This document shows, in pieces, positions 25,944 to 36,964 of a stretch of DNA of 64,000 bases; position 1 is the first letter of the stretch; the number at the start of each line of letters is the position of its first letter. A program made the translations under genes and the position numbers. The DNA is from Escherichia coli (GTDB lineage: Bacteria; Pseudomonadota; Gammaproteobacteria; Enterobacterales; Enterobacteriaceae). The notes beneath the pieces are model-generated. The model was not told the DNA's origin and made no database searches. It worked only from the letters and a program-made list of their open reading frames with translations. The DNA is taken from assembly GCF_024700885.2 (NCBI RefSeq), contig NZ_CP117016.1, one strand, 5' to 3'.

Positions 25944-27206
25944 TTAAAGCAATTCCAGCGCCAGTAATTCTTCGATGGTCTGGCGACGGCGAATTAACCG
26001 CGCCTGACCATTATCAAACAGAACTTCTGGTAACAGCGGACGGCTATTGTAGTTGGATGACATTGACGCGCCATATGCCCCCGTATCATGCAGTACCAGA
26101 TAATCCCCTGCCTTCACTTCCGGCAAGGCGCGGGTTTCAACATTTCCCCCTTCCTGCTGGGTAAAGACATCGCCCGATTCACATAACGGCCCGGCGACGA
26201 CGGTTTCCACCGTTGGTGCGTGTTCCAGAGAACGACCATCAGCTGCCAGGGCACTGATATGGTGGTAACTACCGTACATTGCCGGACGCATCAGATCGTT
26301 GAACCCGGCATCAACCAGCACAAAGTGGCGGCTACCCATTTGTTTGACGCTCCGCACTTGAGTAATTAATACGCCAGCCTGCGCTACCAGAAAGCGACCC
26401 GGTTCAATTTCCAGTTTCACAGGATGGCCCAAATGGCGGGCGATTTGCTCACGCGCGGCATTCCACAGACCATAATAATGTTCGGTATCAACCGCCTCTT
26501 CACCCTGTTGATAAGGAATAGAAAGCCCACCGCCCGCAGAAATAGCCTGTAAATCCTGACCGAATTCGAGGACCTGACGCACCATAGCACCACACACTTG
26601 CTCCAGATGGGCATAATCAACGCCAGAACCAATGTGCATGTGAATGCCGACCAGCTGTAGATGATGACGTTGTATCACGTCCAGTGCGGCGGGCAGATCG
26701 GTATACCAGATACCGTGCTTGCTGTTTTCGCCACCGGTATTGGTTTTTTGGCTATGTCCGTGACCAAACCCCGGATTAACGCGCAGCCATACCCGATGCC
26801 CTGGCGAAACCTGGCCCAGTTGGTCGAGCATATCAACAGAACCCGCATTCACCGGAATTTGCAATTCACTGACGCGTTCAATCGTCGCCTGATCGATAAC
26901 ATCTGCAGTAAAAACAATATCATCGGGGTGCGTTTGCGGATTGTAACCCGCCGCCAACGCACGCTCTATTTCGCCTAACGAGACGGAATCCACTTTCACG
27001 CCCTGCTCACGCATTAAGCGCAAAATATGAATATTGGAACAGGCTTTCTGTGCGAAGCGCACCACATCAAACTGTTTCAGCGCTGCAATCTGCCGACGAA
27101 TAATTTGCGCATCGTAGACCCACACCGGGCAGCCAAATTCTGCGGGCAAACGCAGCAGATTTTCGGCGGTGAGATCGGTATCAGTGCTGAACAGTGAATG
27201 TGGCAT
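25944..27206 (-). CDS. lysA: Diaminopimelate decarboxylase
   Basis: 420-aa PLP-dependent decarboxylase ORF, divergent from lysR. Confidence 0.95.
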   Translation of the reverse strand: MPHSLFSTDTDLTAENLLRLPAEFGCPVWVYDAQIIRRQIAALKQFDVVRFAQKACSNIHILRLMREQGVKVDSVSLGEIERALAAGYNPQTHPDDIVFTADVIDQATIERVSELQIPVNAGSVDMLDQLGQVSPGHRVWLRVNPGFGHGHSQKTNTGGENSKHGIWYTDLPAALDVIQRHHLQLVGIHMHIGSGVDYAHLEQVCGAMVRQVLEFGQDLQAISAGGGLSIPYQQGEEAVDTEHYYGLWNAAREQIARHLGHPVKLEIEPGRFLVAQAGVLITQVRSVKQMGSRHFVLVDAGFNDLMRPAMYGSYHHISALAADGRSLEHAPTVETVVAGPLCESGDVFTQQEGGNVETRALPEVKAGDYLVLHDTGAYGASMSSNYNSRPLLPEVLFDNGQARLIRRRQTIEELLALELL

Positions 27207-27327
27207 AACAAACTCCAGATAAGTGCTTTTTTATGATTACGCCACATCATAAAAAGAATAAAAAATATCGATTTATGTTGAGTCTATGCAAAAATGATAT
27301 GGATTACCGGATTGCGAGAGAGCGCTA

Positions 27328-28263
27328 ATGGCCGCCGTTAACTTACGTCATATTGAAATTTTTCATGCGGTAATGACCGCCGGAAGCCTGACTGAGGCGG
27401 CACACCTGCTACACACCTCACAGCCAACTGTCAGCCGCGAACTGGCGCGCTTTGAGAAGGTGATCGGGCTGAAATTGTTTGAGCGCGTACGTGGACGATT
27501 GCATCCTACCGTGCAAGGACTGCGTCTGTTTGAAGAAGTGCAACGATCCTGGTACGGACTGGATCGCATTGTCAGCGCCGCAGAAAGTCTGCGCGAGTTT
27601 CGCCAGGGAGAACTGTCTATTGCCTGCCTGCCGGTCTTTTCGCAATCTTTTTTACCGCAGCTCCTGCAACCCTTTCTGGCACGTTATCCCGATGTCAGCT
27701 TAAATATCGTGCCCCAGGAATCACCGCTACTTGAAGAGTGGCTCTCGGCCCAGCGTCATGATTTAGGACTCACTGAGACACTCCATACGCCTGCGGGAAC
27801 AGAACGTACCGAATTACTCTCTTTAGATGAAGTGTGTGTGTTACCTCCGGGTCATCCGCTGGCGGCAAAAGAGATATTAACGCCAGAAGATTTTCACAGT
27901 GAGAACTACATCAGCCTTTCCCGTACTGACAGCTATCGCCAGTTGCTGGATCAATTGTTTACTGAACATCAGGTTAAACGACGCATGATCGTAGAAACCC
28001 ACAGCGCCGCGTCAGTCTGCGCAATGGTACGGGCGGGGGTAGGTGTTTCGGTGGTTAACCCGCTCACCGCACTGGATTATGCGGCAAGCGGTTTAGTGGT
28101 GCGGCGGTTCAGTATTGCGGTTCCGTTCACCGTCAGCCTGATCCGCCCCCTGCACCGCCCGTCATCAGCGCTGGTTCAGGCGTTTAGTGGGCATTTACAA
28201 GCGGGGTTACCGAAACTGGTCACTTCTCTTGACGCTATTTTGTCGTCAGCTACGACAGCATAA
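27328..28263 (+). CDS. lysR: LysR-type transcriptional activator of lysA
   Basis: 311-aa ORF with N-terminal HTH; divergent from lysA. Confidence 0.95.
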
Positions 28264-28942
28264 AAGCGACAGCATCCTCGGCATGGATCGCCGCGGTATC
28301 AAACACAGGCAGAACACTGCGCTCTTCTGGCACCAGTAAACCAATTTCCGTACAGCCAAAAATGACGCCCTGTGCGCCCTGTTCTGCAAGGCGAGCAATC
28401 ACTTGCGCATAATAAGCGCGTGACGCTTCGGTAAATTGCCCCAGACACAATTCTTCAAAGATAATCTGATTAATTTTCGCCCGTTCATCCGCTTCAGGAA
28501 TGAGACAGTTGATGGAAAATTGTTCCGTCAGCCGCCCGCGATAAAAATCCTGTTCCATGGTGTAACGCGTACCCAGCAGCGCCACACGAGTCATTCCAGC
28601 CCGGATAATTGCACGTCCAGTGGCATCCGCTATGTGTAAGAAAGGCAGAGAGCAACGAGACTCAATGGCATCCGCCACTTTGTGCATCGTATTGGTACAT
28701 AACACAATGCCTTCTGCGCCCGCCCGCTGTAAGCCAAGCGCCGCCTCAGCCAAAATGTCCCCGGTTTTGTCCCACTCGCCGCGACGCTGGCACTCTTCTA
28801 TTTCATGAAAATCGACGCTATGTAGCAGCACTTGCGCAGAGTGAAGCCCACCAAGCCGCTGTTTAATACCTTCATTAATCAGACGATAATAAGGAATAGT
28901 GGATTCCCAACTCATTCCTCCCAGCAAACCAATTGTTTTCAT
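28250..28942 (-). CDS. ygeA: Asp/Glu/hydantoin racemase-family protein
   Basis: 230-aa ORF, racemase-like fold; overlaps lysR 3' end. Confidence 0.85.
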
Positions 28943-29031
28943 TCCTCTCTCCTGATGTGTGTTACCGCAACAAGGCTGAATAAGGAACGAGACAAACGCC
29001 TCAACGGCCAGGTGCCCAATCTCTATTAACG

Positions 29032-29064
29032 AAAAAAGGGCTGGATGTACAGCACATCCGGCCC
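29032..29064 (-). terminator. Intrinsic terminator downstream of araE
   Basis: GC-rich hairpin GGGCTGGATGT-ACAGC-ACATCCGGCCC (29038-29064) followed on the minus strand by U6 (plus-strand A-run 29032-29037). Confidence 0.65.
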
Positions 29065-29070
29065 GTGAAA

Positions 29071-30489
29071 TCAGACGCCGATATTTCTCAACTTCTCGCC
29101 TGCCATCAGTTTGCGTTCGATATGTTCCAGCGTGACATTTTTGGTTTCCGGAATGAGCCAGAAAGTAATGCCCACAAACGCAATGTTCAGCCCAGTGTAG
29201 AGCCAGAACGTACCGGCAGCGCCAATGCTATCAAGCAGTGTCAGGAAGGTCGCGCCGATAATCATATTCGACACCCAGTTTGTCGTCGTTGAGCAGGTGA
29301 TGCCAAAATCGCGGCATTTCAGCGGCTGAATCTCAGAGCACAGGATCCACACCACTGGCGCGGCGCTCATCGCATAACCGGCAATACACATCATCGTCAT
29401 GCCAACAGAGAGCCAGGACAAGCCACTGGAAGCCGTACCGTTATCAAACTGCATCAGGCAATAGCCCAGCACCAGAGTGCCTAACGCCATCACGCTGAAA
29501 CCAATTTTCAGAGCCGGTTTACGCCCTGCTTTATCTACCGTAAAGACCGCAATGAAGGTGGCGAACATAAAGGTCAGCCCCACGACCAGAGTCGCAATCA
29601 TCTGTTGTTCTGTGGTCGTAAAGCCCGCCATTTTGAAGATACGCGGCGCGTAGTACATGATGATGTTCATACCGGTAAACTGCTGCATCGCCTGCAACAA
29701 CATACCGAGAAACACAGCACGACGGACGTTACGGTTGATCTTAAACAGTGCCCAACCGCCCTGTTTTAACTTCAGGCTTTCACGAATTTCGTTGAGTTCT
29801 TCTCGCGCTTTTTCCGACGTATCGCGCAGCATACGCAACACTTCTTCCGCCTCAATATGACGCCCTTTTTCCGCGAGCCAGCGCGGGCTATTTGGCAGGA
29901 AGACCACCAGAATAATCAGCAGGACCGCTGGTAAAGCAAGAACCCCCAACATTGCGCGCCAGTTACCGCTATAACTGAACGCTGTATCGGATAAAAACGC
30001 CAGCACGATGCCGAGTGTGACCATCAACTGGTACATACTGATCATCTTACCGCGAACGTTTTCACTTGCCATTTCAGAAAGATACAGAGGAGCGGTGTAA
30101 GACGCGATCCCGACAGCAATGCCCAGCACCACACGAGCGGCGATTAACATCTCTACGCTGGTCGCAAAAGCGGACCCTATAGAACCGAGTACAAACAGGA
30201 TGGCCCCCGCCATCAGGCTGTATTTACGCCCCAGGCGGAACGACAGCCAACCATTAAACAGCGCACCAATTGCTGCGCCGAGCATCATGCTACTGACCAC
30301 CCATTCCTGCAAACGACTGGTCAGCACAAAGTGATCGGTAATGAACGGCAACGCTCCGGCGATTACGCCGATATCAAGACCAAATAACAATCCTGCGACC
30401 GCAGCAGCTACCGAAACAAACATATTCATACGCCGCGTATCCCGCAAAGAACGTGGCGTTAAAGCAGATTCCGTATTGATAGTAACCAT
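29071..30489 (-). CDS. araE: Arabinose:H+ symporter (MFS sugar porter)
   Basis: Internal Met of ORF 29071..30618 gives 472 aa [33 protein letters not shown]; RBS AGGA upstream. Confidence 0.9.
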
Positions 30490-30757
30490 TTTTTCCTGCC
30501 AGCAGAGAGTAAGACATAGTGAAAAAATACGTGAACAATTCACACAGGTGTCAGGTCGGAAATAGCATAAATATGGATTAAATTGCTGCGACATGTCGTT
30601 ATGTGATGGATATTCCAATTTTCAAATTAAGTTGAATAATTGAGATTATTATTAACCACCTAATTTTAAAGCAGATAAAATTCATAAAGTTCATTAATTG
30701 ATAATTGATATGGATTATTTCATAACCATGATATGGATTATGATGATCTACAGATAT

Positions 30758-30781
30758 AAAAAACCCTGCCATGCGGCAGGG
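30758..30781 (-). terminator. Intrinsic terminator downstream of kduD
   Basis: Stem CCCTGCC/GGCAGGG (30764-30770 / 30775-30781) followed on the minus strand by a U-run (plus-strand A-run 30758-30763). Confidence 0.6.
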
Positions 30782-30803
30782 TCATAAAAGTAAGAAGAAT
30801 GGA

Positions 30804-31565
30804 TTAACGCGCCAGCCAACCGCCATCCACGGCAATGGTATAACCATTCACATAATCTGAAGCACTGGAGGCAAGAAACACTACCGGCCCCATCAGGTCA
30901 CTCGGCAGTCCCCAACGGCCAGCTGGAATGCGGTCGAGAATTTCCGCGCTACGTTGTTCATCTGCCCGTAGTTGTTGAGTATTGTTGGTCGCCATGTAAC
31001 CCGGAGCTATCGCATTAACATTAATGTTGTGTTTAGCCCATTCATTCGCCATCAATCGCGTCACGCCCATCACGCCGCTTTTTGATGCGGTATAAGAAGG
31101 CACACGGATCCCGCCCTGGAAGGAGAGCATTGACGCGATATTGATAATCTTGCCGCCATTGCCTTGCGCGATAAAGTGTTTCGCCGCTGCCTGAGACATG
31201 AAGAATACGCTCTTGATATTCAGGTTCATGACATCGTCCCAGTCTTTTTCGCTGAACTCGAGAGCATCTTCGCGCCGAATCAATCCGGCGTTATTCACCA
31301 GGATATCAATATGACCAAACTCAGCTACCGCGCGATCCAGCAGTGCTGGAATGCCATCAATCTTTCGCAGATCGGCGGTCAGGCTTAAAAAACGACGCCC
31401 CAGCGCCGTGACCTGCTTGATGGTTTCAGTCGGTTCAACGATGTTAATGCCAACAATGTCACAGCCCGCTTGCGCCAGCCCCAACGCCATCCCCTGACCC
31501 AGTCCAGTATCACAACCAGTGACGACCGCAACTTTACCTTCGAGAGAAAATGCACTTAAAATCAT
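30804..31565 (-). CDS. kduD: 2-dehydro-3-deoxy-D-gluconate 5-dehydrogenase (SDR family)
   Basis: 253-aa SDR ORF with Rossmann motif TGCDTGLG. Confidence 0.95.
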   Translation of the reverse strand: MILSAFSLEGKVAVVTGCDTGLGQGMALGLAQAGCDIVGINIVEPTETIKQVTALGRRFLSLTADLRKIDGIPALLDRAVAEFGHIDILVNNAGLIRREDALEFSEKDWDDVMNLNIKSVFFMSQAAAKHFIAQGNGGKIINIASMLSFQGGIRVPSYTASKSGVMGVTRLMANEWAKHNINVNAIAPGYMATNNTQQLRADEQRSAEILDRIPAGRWGLPSDLMGPVVFLASSASDYVNGYTIAVDGGWLAR

Positions 31566-31594
31566 AACAATACCTTATTCGTTTATGCCCACAA

Positions 31595-32431
31595 CTAGCG
31601 CAAATCTTTAACGGCCACATGGTCCATATCATCAAAGACCTGGTTTTCACCGACCATGCCCCAGATAAAGGTATAAGCTTTGGTTCCGACACCGGAATGG
31701 ATCGACCAGCTCGGGGAGATCACCGCCTGCTCGTTATGCATCACAATGTGACGCGTTTCTTGCGGCTGCCCCATCATGTGGAAAACGCAGGCGTCATCAT
31801 CCATATTGAAATAGAAATAAACTTCCATCCGGCGCTCGTGGGTGTGACACGGCATGGTGTTCCACAAGTTACCCGGAGCCAGCTCCGTCAGCCCCATACT
31901 CAATTGGCAGGTTTCCAGTACATCCGGGACAAAATATTTGTTAATCGTGCGACGGTTACTGGTGAGGTTATCGCCTAACGTGACTGGAGATACTTCGTCC
32001 GGTGTGACTTTTTTGGTGGGATACGTCGTATGCGCAGGTGCGCAATTGTAATAAAACTTCGCCGGAGTAGCGGTATCAATACTGGCAAAGACAACTTCTT
32101 TTGCGCCTTTACCAACATACAGGGCTTCGCGGTGACCGATTTCATAGCATTGACCATCGACGGTAATCGTACCGGCACCGCCAATATTGATAACACCTAA
32201 CTCGCGACGTTCCAGGAAATAGCTTACGCCGAGTTGTTTACCAACTTCCCCGCCAACGGAAACCGTTTTAGTTACCGGCATAATGCCGCCAACAATAATA
32301 CGGTCAATGTGGCTGTAAACCATGGTGTACTCATCGGCGACAAATACCTTTTCAACCAAAAATTCATTGCGCAGCCCCTGGGTATCCAGCGTTTTTGCAT
32401 GCGCACTGTGGATGCTCTGTCTTACGTCCAC
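31595..32431 (-). CDS. kduI: 5-dehydro-4-deoxy-D-glucuronate isomerase
   Basis: 278-aa [33 protein letters not shown]; upstream of kduD. Confidence 0.95.
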   Translation of the reverse strand: MDVRQSIHSAHAKTLDTQGLRNEFLVEKVFVADEYTMVYSHIDRIIVGGIMPVTKTVSVGGEVGKQLGVSYFLERRELGVINIGGAGTITVDGQCYEIGHREALYVGKGAKEVVFASIDTATPAKFYYNCAPAHTTYPTKKVTPDEVSPVTLGDNLTSNRRTINKYFVPDVLETCQLSMGLTELAPGNLWNTMPCHTHERRMEVYFYFNMDDDACVFHMMGQPQETRHIVMHNEQAVISPSWSIHSGVGTKAYTFIWGMVGENQVFDDMDHVAVKDLR

Positions 32432-32473
32432 ATCAACCTCCGATAATCAGTGAAGCGTGAAAATAGAAAACGA

Positions 32474-32494
32474 TAGTGAAACGCTGTTTCGTTT
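32474..32494. promoter_or_regulatory. Candidate KdgR operator upstream of kduI
   Basis: GAAAC-GCT-GTTTC palindrome (32478-32490), about 45-60 nt upstream of the kduI start; resembles the AAAC..GTTT core of KdgR boxes. Confidence 0.45.
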
Positions 32495-32717
32495 TCTCTA
32501 TAAGGGGATGATATGCCCACGGGATAGGGTTTTCAATTAAAAATAAAACAACGTTTCATTTTTAAGTTAAGGACTGAAAAAAGTGCAGTGTCGATCACGA
32601 ATATGTCATGAGAATGGAAAAATCAGGGAGCCCTGAAAATGTATGTCGACTCGCCAGCCACCATTATTCAACAGATTAATGACGGCTGATATTTATCGGT
32701 AAGGAGGAAATGCAGAG

Positions 32718-33899
32718 CTATTCGTCACGTTCAATGGTCAATGCCACGCCCTGGCCCCCGCCGATACAAAGCGTAGCCAGTCCTTTGCGGGCATTACGTT
32801 TCACCATTTCATGAACCAGAGAAACGAGGATTCGGCAACCGGAAGCGCCTATTGGATGACCGAGTGCGATCGCGCCACCATTGACATTGACCCGACGCTC
32901 ATCCCATTCAAGCATCTTGCCAACCGAAAGCGCCTGTGCAGCAAACGCTTCATTAGCCTCGATAAGATCGACATCAGCCAACTGCCAGCCAACACGCTCC
33001 AGGCAACGGCGGGTCGCATACACCGGCGCAATTCCCATCAATGCCGGATCTACACCAACGCTGGCAAATGCGCGGATGCGGGCCAGCACGGGTAAATTCA
33101 ACGCTCGTGCTTTGGCTTCGCTCATCATCATTACTGCAGCTGCGCCATCGTTTATGGATGATGCATTACCCGCTGTCACAGAGCCGAGACTATCAAATGA
33201 AGGATTTAAACGGGCTAAGCCTTCTGTACTGGCGTCAGTGCGTGGCTGTTCATCGGTATCTACAACCAACGTCTGACCGTTACTTTGGGTCATTACCGGG
33301 ACGATCTCATCTTTAAATCGTCCGGCGTCAATCGCCGCTCGCGCTTTTTGTTGCGAGCTAAGTGCGTAAGCATCCTGCAACTGACGGCTGATGCCATATT
33401 CGCGAGCCAGATTTTCGGCGGTGACACCAATATGATAATCATTGAAGGCATCCCACAACCCATCGTGCACAAGACTATCAACCAACTGGCTATTGCCAAG
33501 CTGTGCACCAGTGCGGCTATCAGTCAGAACATGTGGTGCGCGGCTCATGTTTTCCTGGCCACCGGCGATGACAATATCAGCCTCGCCACACTGTATCGCC
33601 TGAGTAGCCAGATGCAGTGCTTTAAGCCCGGAACCGCAAACGTCATTAATAGTGATTGCAGAAACGCTGTTAGGAAGACCACCTTTAATAGCCGATTGCC
33701 TTGCCGGATTCTGCCCTGCCCCTGCAGTCAACACCTGACCAAGAATCACTTCATCCACCGCATATGCAGGAACACCGGTACGTTCTATTAACGCTTTCAC
33801 GACCAGGCTGCCAAGTTCCACGGCGGAATGACCCGCTAACGCACCACGAAAGCAGCCGATAGGTGTCCGTAACGCCCCGACAATCACAACGTCTTTCAT
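32718..33899 (-). CDS. yqeF: Thiolase-family acetyl-CoA acetyltransferase
   Basis: ORF MMKDVVIVGALRTPIG...; thiolase fold. Confidence 0.9.
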   Translation of the reverse strand: MKDVVIVGALRTPIGCFRGALAGHSAVELGSLVVKALIERTGVPAYAVDEVILGQVLTAGAGQNPARQSAIKGGLPNSVSAITINDVCGSGLKALHLATQAIQCGEADIVIAGGQENMSRAPHVLTDSRTGAQLGNSQLVDSLVHDGLWDAFNDYHIGVTAENLAREYGISRQLQDAYALSSQQKARAAIDAGRFKDEIVPVMTQSNGQTLVVDTDEQPRTDASTEGLARLNPSFDSLGSVTAGNASSINDGAAAVMMMSEAKARALNLPVLARIRAFASVGVDPALMGIAPVYATRRCLERVGWQLADVDLIEANEAFAAQALSVGKMLEWDERRVNVNGGAIALGHPIGASGCRILVSLVHEMVKRNARKGLATLCIGGGQGVALTIERDE

Positions 33900-34153
33900 C
33901 ACAACCTCGCACCAATTAACAGTGCAATAGTAAATGATTGTTAATAACAGTTATCTTAATTGTTTAAAAAAAGTGATTTTTATCACAAAGGAAATACGCC
34001 TGACCAGCGGTCAGAGACATAACTGGCACGTAAGGTTTGCAACCACTAACCCACCAATAGAGAGGTAGAAAGGGCGTTAATCTCCCATACTTAACCTGGT
34101 TTATGGTAAATTGCCCTCCATTTTGTTTAATTTGTAGATGATACGTTCAGATA

Positions 34154-35383
34154 ATGTCTAATATTTGGTCAAAAGAAGAAACTCTGTGGAGTTTCGCGCT
34201 CTACGGCACAGCCGTTGGTGCAGGCACGCTCTTCCTTCCTATTCAGTTAGGTTCGGCAGGGGCTGTGGTCCTGTTTATTACTGCTCTGGTCGCCTGGCCT
34301 TTAACATATTGGCCACATAAAGCCTTATGCCAGTTCATCCTCTCATCAAAAACATCAGCAGGTGAAGGGATAACGGGCGCGGTAACACACTACTATGGCA
34401 AGAAGATTGGTAATCTGATTACCACGCTGTACTTCATCGCCTTTTTTGTCGTCGTGTTGATATATGCCGTGGCAATTACCAACTCACTTACGGAACAGCT
34501 GGCAAAGCATATGGTTATTGATCTTCGCATCCGTATGTTGGTGAGTCTGGGTGTTGTATTAATCCTGAATCTCATTTTTCTAATGGGACGCCATGCCACT
34601 ATTCGGGTAATGGGATTTTTGGTATTCCCATTGATTGCCTATTTCTTATTTCTTTCTATTTACCTGGTCGGTAGTTGGCAACCTGATCTATTAACTACCC
34701 AGGTAGAGTTCAATCAGAATACCCTTCACCAGATATGGATATCGATTCCCGTGATGGTTTTCGCCTTTAGCCATACGCCCATTATTTCTACGTTTGCCAT
34801 AGACAGACGTGAAAAATATGGCGAACATGCTATGGATAAATGCAAAAAAATTATGAAAGTCGCTTATCTCATCATCTGCATAAGTGTACTGTTCTTTGTC
34901 TTTAGCTGCCTGCTTTCTATTCCACCTTCGTATATTGAAGCGGCTAAAGAAGAAGGGGTTACCATTTTATCGGCGCTTTCTATGCTGCCGAACGCCCCAG
35001 CATGGTTGTCAATTTCCGGGATTATTGTCGCAGTCGTTGCGATGTCGAAATCATTCCTGGGTACGTACTTTGGCGTTATTGAAGGTGCCACGGAGGTCGT
35101 CAAAACAACACTGCAGCAGGTTGGTGTAAAGAAAAGTCGTGCATTTAACCGCGCACTATCAATTATGTTGGTATCGCTGATTACCTTCATTGTTTGTTGC
35201 ATTAACCCGAACGCGATATCGATGATTTACGCGATCAGCGGCCCGCTCATTGCCATGATACTTTTCATCATGCCTACGCTGTCAACATATCTCATCCCGG
35301 CGCTTAAACCCTGGCGTTCCATCGGAAATCTGATTACGCTGATCGTGGGTGTCCTGTGCGTATCGGTAATGTTCTTTAGCTAA
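34154..35383 (+). CDS. yqeG: Putative amino-acid permease (HAAAP/SdaC-like, about 11 TM)
   Basis: 409-aa highly hydrophobic ORF; family call from hydrophobicity pattern and genomic context. Confidence 0.8.
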   Translation: MSNIWSKEETLWSFALYGTAVGAGTLFLPIQLGSAGAVVLFITALVAWPLTYWPHKALCQFILSSKTSAGEGITGAVTHYYGKKIGNLITTLYFIAFFVVVLIYAVAITNSLTEQLAKHMVIDLRIRMLVSLGVVLILNLIFLMGRHATIRVMGFLVFPLIAYFLFLSIYLVGSWQPDLLTTQVEFNQNTLHQIWISIPVMVFAFSHTPIISTFAIDRREKYGEHAMDKCKKIMKVAYLIICISVLFFVFSCLLSIPPSYIEAAKEEGVTILSALSMLPNAPAWLSISGIIVAVVAMSKSFLGTYFGVIEGATEVVKTTLQQVGVKKSRAFNRALSIMLVSLITFIVCCINPNAISMIYAISGPLIAMILFIMPTLSTYLIPALKPWRSIGNLITLIVGVLCVSVMFFS

Positions 35384-35393
35384 TATCCATTGT

Positions 35394-35428
35394 GAATGGT
35401 TCAAAATTGCTACAATTTTGAACCATTC
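35394..35428 (+). terminator. Perfect 16-bp inverted repeat hairpin downstream of yqeG
   Basis: GAATGGTTCAAAATTG-CTA-CAATTTTGAACCATTC followed by CAGTTTTCAT. Confidence 0.5.
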
Positions 35429-35842
35429 CAGTTTTCATAATGTTCATTTGTTATAATTCCGCTCTATCACTTCTCTCGTCATATCCTAGTATTATCAGTT
35501 AGTTAAACACACAAAGAGATCTGAACATCTTAAATAAGACTATTTAAGATGCATAACTTAGATTCGCAAGATATCTTCTGGTCATTCAAAAACAATTTGC
35601 GATATAGATATTCTCATACCATGAGATAGTTATCTGAACCACCATCAACCAGGTAAGATTAAATCAGTGAAACATAATCATATTTAATAACGAGAAATGC
35701 ATTTTTAAATGCTTTACTCAGAATTATAGCAAATACAGATTAATCGCAATTTTTCCCAGCAAAATTACAAAATCATGGTGTATTGACATCATCAATAACC
35801 AATGAAATTATGCAATTATATACGGATAGGGAGGTTCTTAAC

Positions 35843-36475
35843 ATGGGGCTTTGTAGTCGTTATAAAAGTCTTACATGCAATAGTTGCTCAATGCATTGCC
35901 AAATAATGCCAGAAGAGTCACCGCGTTTGCAGTATTGCGCAAACTCGTGTTTTTGTATGTGGCCCGAAGAAAGTTCATATTTTAATCGTGGTGTGGTGGA
36001 AGGTATCTTAACAAAAAACCACAATGCGAGATTAAGCGGATATATTTTTGTCGATTTTTCAGTAAGTTTTTTACGTCTATTCCTTGAAAAAGACTGGATT
36101 GACTATCTTGCAAGTACTGACATGGGGATTGTTTTAGTCAGCGACCGAAATATGCAATCGTTAGCTAACTACTGGCGAAAACACAACTCTGCAATATCTG
36201 CTGTCATATATAATGATGATGGTCTTGATGTTGCCAATGAAAAGATCAGACAACTATTTATTGGTCGTTATTTATCATTTACCAGAGGGAACACATTAAC
36301 TCAGATGGAATTCACCATAATGGGATATATGGTTTCTGGTTATAATCCATATCAGATTGCTGAAGTTCTGGATATGGATATCCGTAGCATCTACGCGTAC
36401 AAGCAACGAATCGAAAAGAGAATGGGTGGTAAAATAAACGAGTTATTTATTCGTTCACATTCGGTCCAACATTGA
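35843..36475 (+). CDS. yqeH: LuxR/FixJ-type HTH transcriptional regulator (ETT2-island remnant)
   Basis: AT-rich ORF; strong RBS GGGAGG 9 nt upstream of the Met at 35843 (ORF track frame opens at 35783); C-terminal LuxR-like HTH segment QMEFTIMGYMVSGYNPYQIAEVLDMDIRSIYAYKQRIEKRMG. Confidence 0.7.
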   Translation: MGLCSRYKSLTCNSCSMHCQIMPEESPRLQYCANSCFCMWPEESSYFNRGVVEGILTKNHNARLSGYIFVDFSVSFLRLFLEKDWIDYLASTDMGIVLVSDRNMQSLANYWRKHNSAISAVIYNDDGLDVANEKIRQLFIGRYLSFTRGNTLTQMEFTIMGYMVSGYNPYQIAEVLDMDIRSIYAYKQRIEKRMGGKINELFIRSHSVQH

Positions 36476-36688
36476 TACTCAATAATCTGCCAGAATCATA
36501 CTCTGCTTATACGGGCATCTATTGAAATGCCCGTATTTTACAAATAAGCAGTACCCCCAAGAGTAAACAACATGGTATTTAAAACCATCACACGAAAAAT
36601 TCAGAAGCATTACGAAATATGAATTTACAAACAGGTGATGCTGCCAACTTACTGATTTAGTGTATGATGGTGTTTTTGAGGTGCTCCA

Positions 36689-36964
36689 GTGGCTTCTGTT
36701 TCTATCAGCTGTCCCTCCTGTTCAGCTACTGACGGGGTGGTGCGTAACGGCAAAAGCACCGCCGGACATCAGCGCTATCTCTGCTCTCACTGCCGTAAAA
36801 CATGGCAACTGCAGTTCACTTACACCGCTTCTCAACCCGGTACGCACCAGAAAATCATTGATATGGCCATGAATGGCGTTGGATGCCGGGCAACTGCCCG
36901 CATTATGGGCGTTGGCCTCAACACGATTTTACGTCACTTAAAAAACTCAGGCCGCAGTCGGTAA
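36689..36964 (+). CDS. insA: IS1 InsA (transposition inhibitor / N-terminal part of InsAB' transposase)
   Basis: 91-aa [43 protein letters not shown] (zinc-finger CxxC...CxxC). Confidence 0.9.

Noticed and set aside
36572-36622. 16-codon ORF (MVFKTITRKIQKHYEI) just upstream of IS1, considered as a gene fragment truncated by IS1
   Set aside because: It ends at its own stop codon 12 nt before the IS1 end, so it is not interrupted by the element; too short and unsupported to call.
36938-36947. Possible extra A in the IS1 frameshift run (A7 instead of A6C), which would inactivate the transposase
   Set aside because: Recount against the InsA translation (TTA AAA AAC TCA) shows the canonical A6C motif, and the element is exactly 768 bp; IS1 appears intact.
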